This document shows, piece after piece, positions 28,648 through 37,506 of a stretch of DNA of 64,000 nt; position 1 is the stretch's first letter, and each line of letters starts with the position of its first letter. Source of the stretch: Vulcanimicrobiota bacterium (GTDB lineage Bacteria > Vulcanimicrobiota > Vulcanimicrobiia > Vulcanimicrobiales > Vulcanimicrobiaceae); assembly GCA_963777315.1 (NCBI GenBank), contig CAVZQC010000004.1, positions 768,001 through 832,000 on the forward strand, read 5' to 3'. The position numbers and the translations under genes were made by a program. A model generated the notes under the pieces. The model had not been told where the DNA came from and did not search any database. It saw nothing but the letters and a program-made list of their open reading frames with translations.

Positions 28648-30267
28648 CTATAAGCCGCCGAAAGCGTAGCTGTAATTCCGCAGCGACGGCCAGAGCGTCT
28701 GCAGCGGCGTCTTGGGATTGCCCAGCACCCAAATCGGCAGATCGTTTTCATACGGCATTGCCAGCGGGTTATGGAAGGTGCCGACCCGGTCCACCGATCC
28801 GTAGTGAGCGAGCAGTTCGCGCCCATTGACGTCGATGATGGTTTTTCCGCCGTAGCCGTGCGTTCCCCAAATCCAATAGTTGTTGTTCCCGCTCAGCGCA
28901 GGCGGCAGCCCGTACTGCGCTCCGAAGAAATCTATGGCAGACGCTTCACCGAAATTGTGCGCGTAAATGGCTGCATCTTTACGTTGCGCCGGCGGCAACG
29001 CGCGGTACACCGACGCAACCTGCGCCGCGAGCTGCGGCCACCCCGTCATGTCGGCATAGTACTGGATTGGCGTGGCATTGGTGGCGTCTTTGTCCACGTG
29101 GAATCTGATGTGGAACAGCTTGCCGATGAACTGCTGGTATGCAATATACGTGCGCATCGGCAAAACGGGCAAAACGAACGGCGTGGACGGTATCGCAAAG
29201 GCGACCACGACCGCAATGATCGCTACGCGCCATGCGTAACGCACCCCGGTCCAGCGCTCGATGGGAACCGCGCCCGCGGCAATGAGATACGGATAGGCGG
29301 GCGCCGGATAGTACGCCTTGGCGTCCAAGGCCCACATCATCGCAATCAAAAGCAGATAGGTATAGCCGAGAAAACGCGTGCGCGGCTGATACAGCAGCCA
29401 TCCCAGGCCAACGAGCCACACGACGGAGAGCAGGGGGCTCATGATCATAATCTGCTGGAGCACGAACGGGGGCCACTTCAAAATGAATTTGTCGTAGTCA
29501 TTGTGCAGCAGCTGGAGAATCGGAAAGTGGTAGTGCCACTGCCACCACACGTTCGGAACGACCAGCGCGAGCGCAAGTGCCACGCCGCCGGCGAACCACC
29601 ACGACTGCGCCGCGCGGCGCTGGGGCGTGAGCAGCAGTCCGGCTATCAGCGCGATGCCGAAAAATGCGACGCTGTACTTGCTCCAGGCCGCAAACGCGAT
29701 CAGCAGTCCCGCAAGCAGCCACAATCGCCGGTCGGCGCCTTTGACGATGCGCAGGGTGATGAGCGCCACCAGCGGCCACGTCGCCGCTTCGACCATGTCG
29801 GGCGAGAGGCGCGACCCGAAGGCCATCATTTCGGGCGAGACGATAGTGACCAGCGCCGCGACGACTATCGCGAAGACGCCGCCGCCCAGTTCCACCGCGA
29901 ACAAGCATGCCGCGTACGTCGTAACGGCTGCGAATACCGCGGGAATCACGCGCAGCGCGAACAGCGAAATGCCCATCGTTTGAGAAAACGCGGCCATCAG
30001 CGGCGCAAGCGGAGGCTGATCGACGTAGCCCAGCGACGGGCGCATGCCGCAGATGATGAAGTACAGCTCGTCGCGGAAAAAGCCGTAGTGCGGGTTGCCC
30101 GCCACGTGCAGCGCCAGCGCGACCATCGCGGCGAAAGCCGGCGCATAGCGTCCCAGCCGCAGGGCACGCGGGCGCGGCGGTATCTCGCCCCGTTCTACGC
30201 TTCCAACCCGTTCCAGCAACACGGTCGCTTTCTTACCCGCTCCGCCTGCGCGCCACCCCCTCGGCAC
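28648..30267 (-). CDS. GT39/ArnT-PMT family membrane glycosyltransferase
   Basis: YGFFRDELYF, GYVDQPPL, SKYS, multiple TM helices, NFGEASAI; true start may lie somewhat downstream. Confidence 0.85.
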   Translation of the reverse strand: MPRGWRAGGAGKKATVLLERVGSVERGEIPPRPRALRLGRYAPAFAAMVALALHVAGNPHYGFFRDELYFIICGMRPSLGYVDQPPLAPLMAAFSQTMGISLFALRVIPAVFAAVTTYAACLFAVELGGGVFAIVVAALVTIVSPEMMAFGSRLSPDMVEAATWPLVALITLRIVKGADRRLWLLAGLLIAFAAWSKYSVAFFGIALIAGLLLTPQRRAAQSWWFAGGVALALALVVPNVWWQWHYHFPILQLLHNDYDKFILKWPPFVLQQIMIMSPLLSVVWLVGLGWLLYQPRTRFLGYTYLLLIAMMWALDAKAYYPAPAYPYLIAAGAVPIERWTGVRYAWRVAIIAVVVAFAIPSTPFVLPVLPMRTYIAYQQFIGKLFHIRFHVDKDATNATPIQYYADMTGWPQLAAQVASVYRALPPAQRKDAAIYAHNFGEASAIDFFGAQYGLPPALSGNNNYWIWGTHGYGGKTIIDVNGRELLAHYGSVDRVGTFHNPLAMPYENDLPIWVLGNPKTPLQTLWPSLRNYSYAFGGL

Positions 30268-30273
30268 AAAGAC

Positions 30274-30297
30274 AAACGGCGCACGACGGCGCCGTTT
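30274..30297 (-). terminator. Putative terminator after fliE
   Basis: Perfect 9-bp inverted repeat AAACGGCGC/GCGCCGTTT followed by GTCTTTGT on the minus strand. Confidence 0.6.
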
Positions 30298-30339
30298 ACG
30301 TGGGTTGGACCAGCCCGAGCAGCAGCGAGCTGCATCGGT

Positions 30340-30684
30340 CTACATCTGCATTTGGGAAATTTGGGTGTACGCGTCGAGCAGTTTGTTGCGGATGGCGAGC
30401 GTGAATTGCATGGCGAGGTTCGCCTCCTCGACCGACGTCACGACCTTGCTCACGTCGTTGGTGCGGCCGGAAGCCAGGTCGCGCGAGAGCTGGTCCGACT
30501 GGGAGACCTTGTCGTTCACGTCGCTCATCATCGACTTGACGGTGTCCTTGAACGAACTCCCGCTCGCCGCGGCAGACCCCGCGATAGCTTGAGCGGCCGG
30601 CCCATCCGACGTGCCGATGTCGGGAACGAACGTGCCCGGAACCGCGCCGGCCATCGCCGCGCCGTACGTTGTGTTGATGTCCAC
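30340..30684 (-). CDS. fliE: Hook-basal body protein FliE
   Basis: SFKDTV, EEANLAMQFTLAIRNKLLDAYTQISQMQM. Confidence 0.95.
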   Translation of the reverse strand: MDINTTYGAAMAGAVPGTFVPDIGTSDGPAAQAIAGSAAASGSSFKDTVKSMMSDVNDKVSQSDQLSRDLASGRTNDVSKVVTSVEEANLAMQFTLAIRNKLLDAYTQISQMQM

Positions 30685-30686
30685 AT

Positions 30687-31133
30687 TCAGCTCCGCAGCA
30701 GGTTGAGCGCGGCGTTGGTCATCGTGCGCGCTTCTTGAATCGCCGTAACGTTGGCTTGATAGGCGCGCGAAGCCGCCATCATGTCCACCATCTCTTTGAC
30801 CACGGAAATGTTGGGATAATGCACGTACCCGCGCGGGTCGGCATCGGGATTGCTCGGATCGAAGACCAGCCGATCGGGGCTGTTGTCCTGAACGATTCCC
30901 AGCGCTTGAACGCCGCCGCCCGCGTTGGGCGAACCCTCGCCGTCGTCGGGGCCCACCAGCGGATCGGATTGGCCCGGCTTTTCGGAATAGACCACCAGCT
31001 GCCGTTTGAACGCGCCGCCCTGCGGCGTATGCGTGGTGTTTGCATTGGCGATGTTGTTGGCGATGACGTCCATGGCCAGACGTTCGGCGGACAGGCCGGA
31101 GGCGCTGATTTCGATCGAATTGTAAAAATCCAC
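30687..31133 (-). CDS. flgC: Rod protein FlgC
   Basis: ISASGLSAERLAMDVIANNIANANTT, DPSNPDAD..GYVHYPN, EMVDMMAASRAYQAN. Confidence 0.96.
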   Translation of the reverse strand: MDFYNSIEISASGLSAERLAMDVIANNIANANTTHTPQGGAFKRQLVVYSEKPGQSDPLVGPDDGEGSPNAGGGVQALGIVQDNSPDRLVFDPSNPDADPRGYVHYPNISVVKEMVDMMAASRAYQANVTAIQEARTMTNAALNLLRS

Positions 31134-31567
31134 TACCGCGGCTGCTCCGTGATGGCTTCGCGCAGGCGCATGAACTGCACTTGCAGCAGTTGAGACATCG
31201 TCTGGGAGTATGCCGAGTTTTCCGAAAGCTGCGCCATCTCTTGGTCGACGTCGACGTTGCTGCCGTCGGCGCGCATTTGGTCCGTATCGTCGGTTTGAAC
31301 GCCGGGCTGGAAAGCGCCGGGCGCCTGGGAGTCCCCGAACTGGCGATCGCCGTTCGTCTGCAGCGCCAAGTCCGGCGAAGAGGCCGGGTCGCCTTGCGCA
31401 GCCGCCAGCGAATCCTTGAACGAAACGGTTTGGCGGTAGTAATTCGGCGTGTTGACGTTGGCGATATTATTGGAGATCGCAGCGTGTTCCACGTCCGCGC
31501 CGGAAATAGCGTTGCTGAGCATATCGACCGTCGAGCCGAAGCCCACGGCAGCGGTGTCGTTCATCAC
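31133..31567 (-). CDS. flgB: Rod protein FlgB
   Basis: ISNNIANVNTPNY, RADGSNVDVDQEM. Confidence 0.93.
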   Translation of the reverse strand: MMNDTAAVGFGSTVDMLSNAISGADVEHAAISNNIANVNTPNYYRQTVSFKDSLAAAQGDPASSPDLALQTNGDRQFGDSQAPGAFQPGVQTDDTDQMRADGSNVDVDQEMAQLSENSAYSQTMSQLLQVQFMRLREAITEQPR

Positions 31568-31572
31568 AATCC

Positions 31573-31600
31573 CTATCGGACGATTGCCCGCAAATCTTGA
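31573..31600 (-). promoter_or_regulatory. Sigma28-like promoter for flgBC-fliE
   Basis: TCAA-N16-TCCGATAG immediately upstream of the start codon. Confidence 0.55.
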
Positions 31601-31617
31601 ACCGGCTTGGAGCGGAT

Positions 31618-33354
31618 CTAGGTAAACTGCGTGGCGTGCAGACGGGCGTAGGCGCCGCCCTTGGCCAGCAAAGTTTGGTGCGATCCCATTTCGACCACGC
31701 GCCCGGCCTCGATATACAGGATCGTGTGGGCACGGCGGATCGTCGAAAGACGGTGAGCGATGATCAGCGTGGTGCGCCCGGGTAAGAGGCGGTCCAAGGC
31801 TTGTTCGATGAGCGCCTCCGAGTGCGTGTCCAGCGCGCTGGTCGCTTCATCCAAAATCAGAATGCGAGGATCGCGTAAGATAGCGCGCGCGATGGCAATG
31901 CGCTGGCGCTGGCCGCCGGAAAGGCGCAGGCCGCGCTCGCCGACCTCGGTCGCGTATCCCTGGGGGAATCCGAGAATGAACTCGTCGGCGTTGGCCTGCA
32001 CGGCAGCGGAAAGTACGTCTTCCTGCGTCGCGTCCAACCGGCCGTAGCGGATGTTGTCCGCGATGCTCCCGCGGAACAGTTGCGCTTCCTGCGGCACGAT
32101 GCCGATTGCGGCTCGCAGCGCCGCCAGGCGCACCTTGGTGAGATCCACGCCGTCGATGGTGATGCGTCCGCTCTGCGGTTCGTAGAATCGCGGGACCAAA
32201 TTGACGATCGTCGTTTTACCCGCTCCCGAGGGACCGACCAGCGCGACGATTTCCCCGGCTGCTATCTCAACGCTGAAATCGTCCAGTACCGGCGCTTCCT
32301 GCGGTGCATAGGCGAACCGCACGTGCTCGAACGTGATACGGCCGCGAACGTTGGTCAGATCGACCGCGCCGGGGGCATCGGCGCGTTCGACGGGCAAATC
32401 GAGCACTTCGTACACGCGGCCCGCGCCGACGACGGCTTTGCTGAGTTCTCCCACAAAGGCCGCGAAGCGATTCATCGGATTGATCAGATTCGCGAGCAGG
32501 CCCCAGTACATGAACAGCTCCCCGACGTCGAGCCGCCCCACGACGACCTCGCGCGTCGAAAGCCAAATGATCGCAACGACGGCGCTCGACATGAGCATCG
32601 AGAGCACCAGCGGCTGGGTTTGAATGAACTGCGTGAGCTTCATGTACGTGCCGAAATATTCGTCGTTGCGGCGGCGAAAGCGATTCGCCTCGTACGTTTC
32701 CCGGCCGAACGCTTTGATGATCCGCTGTCCGGTGAGCGCTTCGGTCAGCGTCGAGGAAAGATCGGAAATGCGCTGCTGCGAGCGAACGGTACCCGCCGAT
32801 ATCAGCCGCTGAAACCGCGAGACGGCCAGCGAAACCACCGGCGCGACGAAGATGAGCGAGCACGTCAGCAGCCAGTCCATCTTGACCATGACGACGAACG
32901 ACGACAGGAACGTAACGCTGTTGGTGAGCAGCTGCGGCAGCGAAATGCTGACCGCATCCGTCATGATCTGCAGGTCGCTGTTGAAGCGGGCGATCAAATC
33001 GCCGGGCCGCCATTTGGCGAATTCACCCAGCGGCAAACGCAGTATCCGCTCGAACAGCCGCGCGCGCAGTCCCGCGATGAGGTGCTGGCCGCTCCAGGCC
33101 ATCAAATACGTTTGCCCGTACGTCGCCAGCGCTCCCAAAATGAGCGCCACGAAGATCGCGAACAGCATGACGTACAGCACGTGCAGATCCGGATGCCGGG
33201 CGGTGATGACGTGGTTGATGATCTGCCCGAAGCCCCAGGGCGCCACCAGATTCGATAGCCCGCCCATTGCGCCCAGCACCATGGCCACCCCCAGCGTGGC
33301 GTAGTATGGGCGCGCTTCCCGCGCCAGGCGCGAGACGGTCGTACGCGGGATCAT
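31618..33354 (-). CDS. ABC transporter permease/ATP-binding protein (MsbA-like)
   Basis: N-terminal TMD, GPSGAGKT, LSGGQRQR, ILILDEATSALD, IAHRLST. Confidence 0.92.
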   Translation of the reverse strand: MIPRTTVSRLAREARPYYATLGVAMVLGAMGGLSNLVAPWGFGQIINHVITARHPDLHVLYVMLFAIFVALILGALATYGQTYLMAWSGQHLIAGLRARLFERILRLPLGEFAKWRPGDLIARFNSDLQIMTDAVSISLPQLLTNSVTFLSSFVVMVKMDWLLTCSLIFVAPVVSLAVSRFQRLISAGTVRSQQRISDLSSTLTEALTGQRIIKAFGRETYEANRFRRRNDEYFGTYMKLTQFIQTQPLVLSMLMSSAVVAIIWLSTREVVVGRLDVGELFMYWGLLANLINPMNRFAAFVGELSKAVVGAGRVYEVLDLPVERADAPGAVDLTNVRGRITFEHVRFAYAPQEAPVLDDFSVEIAAGEIVALVGPSGAGKTTIVNLVPRFYEPQSGRITIDGVDLTKVRLAALRAAIGIVPQEAQLFRGSIADNIRYGRLDATQEDVLSAAVQANADEFILGFPQGYATEVGERGLRLSGGQRQRIAIARAILRDPRILILDEATSALDTHSEALIEQALDRLLPGRTTLIIAHRLSTIRRAHTILYIEAGRVVEMGSHQTLLAKGGAYARLHATQFT

Positions 33355-33443
33355 CGCAGCCCCGCTTGCCGCCGCGGCGGGCTGAAACCTCTTGCTTTCC
33401 CGAGCGGTACATGCCGGTGCAAAGGTTTACGGGGAGATCGATC

Positions 33444-34025
33444 GTGGATTGTTACTTCCATTCAAACGTGCCGTCCGTCGCGCCGTGCGTCGATTGCGGC
33501 AAACCGATCTGCGCGACGTGCCGCGACAGCGCGGGCGTTTGCCCGAGTTGTCGTTTGGCCGCCAAAATCGACTCTGCGTCCGCAACGCGAAGAGCGGTTC
33601 CCGGACAAGTGCCGCCCCGCTCGCAGCAGTGGTGGCGCAGCGAGCCGCAGCAGCAGCCGGCGCCTCAAGCTCGCGCAACGGTCGCCGAAGCGATGGATCC
33701 GCCGGAGTCGCGCGCGCTCGTCGCGCTGGGCTATCCGCTGTGGCCGCTCGCGCTCATCGCGTTGTTCGACCGCAAACAATCCCGGCGTCTGCGCAAGCAC
33801 GCATACCAGGCGCTCGGGTTCAACGTCGGCATGGCCGCGCTGTACGGTATCTTGGCGCTGCTCACCAGCATTCCGATTTTGGGCATCAGCGCCGGTTTGA
33901 TGCTTGCGCTCATTCTTCCGGTGTTCATCGTCTTGAGCGTGTACTACGGGATCAAAGCCTGGCACGGCGACGACGTACGCGTTCCGATCATCAGCGACTG
34001 GCTGGACGATCGGATGCCTGCGTGA
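33444..34025 (+). CDS. B-box-like zinc finger fused to DUF4870-type membrane domain
   Basis: GTG after GGGAG; CYFH..CVDCGKPICATC..CPSC; HAYQAL, IKAWHG..RVPII. Confidence 0.7.
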   Translation: MDCYFHSNVPSVAPCVDCGKPICATCRDSAGVCPSCRLAAKIDSASATRRAVPGQVPPRSQQWWRSEPQQQPAPQARATVAEAMDPPESRALVALGYPLWPLALIALFDRKQSRRLRKHAYQALGFNVGMAALYGILALLTSIPILGISAGLMLALILPVFIVLSVYYGIKAWHGDDVRVPIISDWLDDRMPA

Positions 34026-35433
34026 ACTGCTGATACTTTTTGAGGAATTCCCGGGCGGCAGCTTCGTGATGCACGACCGGCGGCGGATACGCCCTGCCGG
34101 CAAACAGCGGCAATTCAATCTGTGACGTAGCGCGCGGCGGAGCAGCGACAACGGCTCCGGGCACGTGCGCGAGTTCCGCGATCCATGTTTTGGCGTACGC
34201 GGCGTCCGGATCGAAACGGCGAGCCTGCTTTGCCGGATTGTAAATCCGCGGGTAGGCAGCCAGATCCGCGCCCACGCCGGCGATCCATTGCCAGTTTCCC
34301 GCGGCCAGCGCCGGCTCGTCTTCAATCAGCCGGCTTTCCCATTCAGCAGCGCCGACGCGCCAATCGACGCCCAAGTCGAAACACAAGAACGATGCGGCGA
34401 TGGCGCGCACGCGGGGATGCATCCACCCCGTCGCGTGGAGCTGGCGAATTCCGGCATCGACCAGCGGATATCCGGTGCGTCCCGTGCGCCACGCCTCCAG
34501 GTCCGGGCTGGTTTGCACGAACGGAAACTTGCGCATTTTGCGCTGCAGCGGTTCGATGTCGGTATGCGGATTATACCAGGAGAGTTGCAGGAAGAAATCG
34601 CGCAGCGCGATCGAGCGCAAAAATACTTTGAGCGAATGACGTTCTTCGGTCAGCAAGAACGGATCGTCGATCCGGCGGCGGACCAAACGAACGATCGTGC
34701 GCGCGGCTATCGTGCCGAACGAAAGATCCGCACCGAGTTTGGACGTGGCGTCGTCCGCCGGGACGTTGAGCGCAGCCGCGTACTGTAAGCCCGTCGCCCC
34801 CAGAAAGCGCTCGAACGTGGCCAAGGCTTGCCGCTCGCCGGCATCCATCGCAGGGACGTTCGAGTCGAAATCCGCCGGCTCCGGAAGCCGTTCGCCTTGC
34901 CCTTGCGGCTGCGCGAACGACAGCAGCAGCGGAAGCTCGTACGACGCCGGCTCGAGGCCGCGCCACAGCTCGTGGTAGGGAACGAAAGAACGGTAGCCTT
35001 GACCGGAGCTCGGCCGCGCGGCAGTGCCTTCTTCGGGCGTGATGGCGGGAGCGTCCTGAACGACCAGAGCGCGCAGCCCTGCTTCTTCCAAATCCGACTG
35101 CAGCCGGTCGTCGGCGTGCATTCCCGTGCGATCGAAGCTCGCGCTCCACGCGACGGTGCGCGCGCCGCACGTTCGAGCCGCGTGTTTCAAAACCGCGCCG
35201 GCTTTGCCGCGGAGCACGAGTAGACGCGTTCCGCGCTCGCGCAAAGCGGCGTCGAGCGAGTGCACGGCACCGCAATAGAATGCCGCTCGCCGCGGTGAAG
35301 CGCGAAGCCGGTTTTCGAGATCGCGATCGAGGACCAGTACGGCAAGCAGCTCCCCGTGGGCGCCCGCAGCTGCAAGCCCGGCATGGTCGTCCAGCCGCAA
35401 GTCGCGCGTAAAGCGATAGATGACCGGCGGCAT
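33991..35433 (-). CDS. phr: DNA photolyase / cryptochrome family protein
   Basis: RDLRLDDH, TSKLG..LSFG, WRTGRTGYPLVDAGIRQLHATGWMHPRVR, GNWQW, RIYNP. Confidence 0.9.
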   Translation of the reverse strand: MPPVIYRFTRDLRLDDHAGLAAAGAHGELLAVLVLDRDLENRLRASPRRAAFYCGAVHSLDAALRERGTRLLVLRGKAGAVLKHAARTCGARTVAWSASFDRTGMHADDRLQSDLEEAGLRALVVQDAPAITPEEGTAARPSSGQGYRSFVPYHELWRGLEPASYELPLLLSFAQPQGQGERLPEPADFDSNVPAMDAGERQALATFERFLGATGLQYAAALNVPADDATSKLGADLSFGTIAARTIVRLVRRRIDDPFLLTEERHSLKVFLRSIALRDFFLQLSWYNPHTDIEPLQRKMRKFPFVQTSPDLEAWRTGRTGYPLVDAGIRQLHATGWMHPRVRAIAASFLCFDLGVDWRVGAAEWESRLIEDEPALAAGNWQWIAGVGADLAAYPRIYNPAKQARRFDPDAAYAKTWIAELAHVPGAVVAAPPRATSQIELPLFAGRAYPPPVVHHEAAAREFLKKYQQFTQASDRPASR

Positions 35434-35444
35434 CGCTCCCTATC

Positions 35445-35795
35445 CTACAGCGATTCGACGTAAGCGCTGACGTCGCGAACGTCGCTGCTGCTCATGCGGC
35501 TGGGATACAGTTTAGGCATCGGCGGCTGCGGGTCGGCAACGATGGCGCGAACGGCGCGATAGGTTCGGCGCCCGCTTTCGTTCGTCAGCGCGGGACCTAT
35601 GGGTCCGCCGGTCCCGCCGGCGCCATGACACGCGGCGCATTGCTGCGCATAGAGTAATTTGCCGCGCGCCAGACTCGCTGCAGGAACGCCCAGGGATGCA
35701 GCTGTCCGCTCTTTAGCGCCATGGCCGCCGCACGAACCCAGCAATGCGGCGGCGAAAAGCAGGCAAAGCGAACGGGCTGCACGGGCAAACGGCAC
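35445..35795 (-). CDS. Small c-type cytochrome (probable lipoprotein)
   Basis: CAACH heme motif, PPMP distal Met, LLGSC lipobox-like. Confidence 0.88.
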   Translation of the reverse strand: MPFARAARSLCLLFAAALLGSCGGHGAKERTAASLGVPAASLARGKLLYAQQCAACHGAGGTGGPIGPALTNESGRRTYRAVRAIVADPQPPMPKLYPSRMSSSDVRDVSAYVESL

Positions 35796-35855
35796 ATCGC
35801 GCGCATTTTGCCACGCGAGCGGGTTCTCCCCGCGAACCGGTTGAAAGGCGGCGCG

Positions 35856-36920
35856 CTACTGAATTGGTTTGGGGACGCCCTCGATGCTTTGATCGTCCGA
35901 GCTCATGCGAAATGTGAATGCGTCGCGATACGTGCCCGCAACGGGACGCCCGTCTATGGTCTTGGGCACGTAGCGCGCCTGCATCGCCGCTTTGCACACC
36001 GCCTCGTCGAGCACTGCGTATCCCGCCGATTTGGTTATGACGCATTTGGTGGGCGTGCCGCGTTCGTCGACGAGCACTTCGAACACCGACGTGCCCTGAG
36101 CGCCTTCGTCGTACGCGATCATCGCGGGCTGCGGATTGATTGCCGTTTCTCCACCGACCGGAACCGCATCCCGTGTTTCCCGAGAGGAAACGACTTCAAT
36201 CGACTCGGCGGTGTGCGTGAGACTCTGCGGAGCGCTTTCACTCAGCGACGTGGTGGTGGTTCGCGCGACCGTACGCCAAGTATCGCCGTCGTTGCGGCGC
36301 CATATCGGCACGTCGGAATGCGCGGTAGAAGTTTGCGCTTGCGGCAGCGGATGAACCGTCACCGCCGCAATCTGTGCGGGTTTTGGATTTGCATCGGGCG
36401 GTGTCGCCGCCGGCGGCTGCGCGGGCAGCGGCGCGCGCGCGATCTGCACGATGTTGTGCTCGACGATCATCCGGCGCTGGCGTGCCGCGGGCGCGGGGGA
36501 TTTGGCGACGGCAGGGGCGCGCCGCTCGAGCACGATTTGCGTCGCGCCCGCGTCGATGACGACCGGAGTCGTCATGCTCGAGGAAATTCGTGGTATCGTA
36601 CTCGCCGCCAGCAAATGCACCGCCAGCGAAACGGCCGCGCATGCGGCCGCTATGCCGAGAGCGAATCCCGCCGCGCGCCTGCGGCGCCCGATGCCGCGCG
36701 CGACCACGTCGCGCAAATTCGGCTGCCATACTTCACCTTCGCGCGCATCGGCAACGACGCCAGCGGCCCGTTCGATCTCGCGTTCTCCACCGAGCTGCGA
36801 CAGGCACGGCGCGCACGTCGCGATGTGTTCGCGATACTCGCGGCGCTCCTCGTCGGTCGCTTCACCCAGTGCGACGGCTCCGCCGATACTTTCGATCCGA
36901 GCGCGCAGCGGGCAGTTCAC
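35856..36920 (-). CDS. Zinc-binding anti-sigma factor fused to TonB C-terminal domain
   Basis: HIATCAPC (HxxxCxxC), one TM helix, Pro/Thr-rich linker, QGTSVFEVLVDERG..KSAGYAVLDEA..DGRPV. Confidence 0.8.
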   Translation of the reverse strand: MNCPLRARIESIGGAVALGEATDEERREYREHIATCAPCLSQLGGEREIERAAGVVADAREGEVWQPNLRDVVARGIGRRRRAAGFALGIAAACAAVSLAVHLLAASTIPRISSSMTTPVVIDAGATQIVLERRAPAVAKSPAPAARQRRMIVEHNIVQIARAPLPAQPPAATPPDANPKPAQIAAVTVHPLPQAQTSTAHSDVPIWRRNDGDTWRTVARTTTTSLSESAPQSLTHTAESIEVVSSRETRDAVPVGGETAINPQPAMIAYDEGAQGTSVFEVLVDERGTPTKCVITKSAGYAVLDEAVCKAAMQARYVPKTIDGRPVAGTYRDAFTFRMSSDDQSIEGVPKPIQ

Positions 36921-37438
36921 GCCGTCTCCGCCATAACGGCTCGCAGGGTCCGCATCGCGCGGCAAACGCGCTGGCGAACCGCGTCGGCGCTGGTTCCGAG
37001 TATCGACGCGGCTTCTTGCGACGAGTAGCCGGCATAACTGGTCAGCATGATCGCGGCCGCCTGTTCGGCCGGCAAGCGGTGCATCGCGGATTGGAGATCG
37101 ATCGACGCCGCGCTCCTCTCGTCAATCCGCAGCGAACGCAGATCGGCGTCGCGGTCCAGCGGCAGAAACCGTAAAATCTTCTTTCTCCGAAGGTGCGAGA
37201 TCGCGGTGTTGGTTGCAGTCTTATACAGCCATCCCGCCGTCAGGGGTCGCGTGGGATCGCTCTGCAGCGTACGGTACGCGGCGAAGAACACGTCCTGCGC
37301 GATGTCCAGCGCAGCGTCCGCGTCGCCTACCATCCGGCGCACGTAGCGCGCAAGTTTGGTCTGATGCTCGCGAACCAGCGATTCGACTCTGGCATGCGCG
37401 ACCGATGCTTGCGCGGCGGTGAGGTAGAGCTGCTCCAC
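36917..37438 (-). CDS. ECF RNA polymerase sigma factor
   Basis: LARYVRRMVGD..ALDIAQDVF, WLYKTATN, LPAEQ..GYSSQEAASILG..VRQRVCRA. Confidence 0.92.
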   Translation of the reverse strand: MEQLYLTAAQASVAHARVESLVREHQTKLARYVRRMVGDADAALDIAQDVFFAAYRTLQSDPTRPLTAGWLYKTATNTAISHLRRKKILRFLPLDRDADLRSLRIDERSAASIDLQSAMHRLPAEQAAAIMLTSYAGYSSQEAASILGTSADAVRQRVCRAMRTLRAVMAETA

Positions 37439-37459
37439 GTCGGGGCCCCCTTTGCCAGG

Positions 37460-37486
37460 TAACGGCCGACTTCGCCGCACTGTGAC
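37460..37486 (-). promoter_or_regulatory. Putative autoregulatory ECF promoter
   Basis: GTCACA-N16-CGTTA about 20 nt upstream of the sigma start. Confidence 0.5.
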
Positions 37487-37506
37487 GACCATCCCGGCGC
37501 CGAGCC

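Noticed and set aside
28771..30738. Long antisense/alternate-frame ORFs (also 3278-4960, 24083-25525, 26889-28502, 49814-51412)
   Set aside because: Shadow ORFs expected at high GC; Arg/Ala-rich, no motifs, and they overlap well-supported genes
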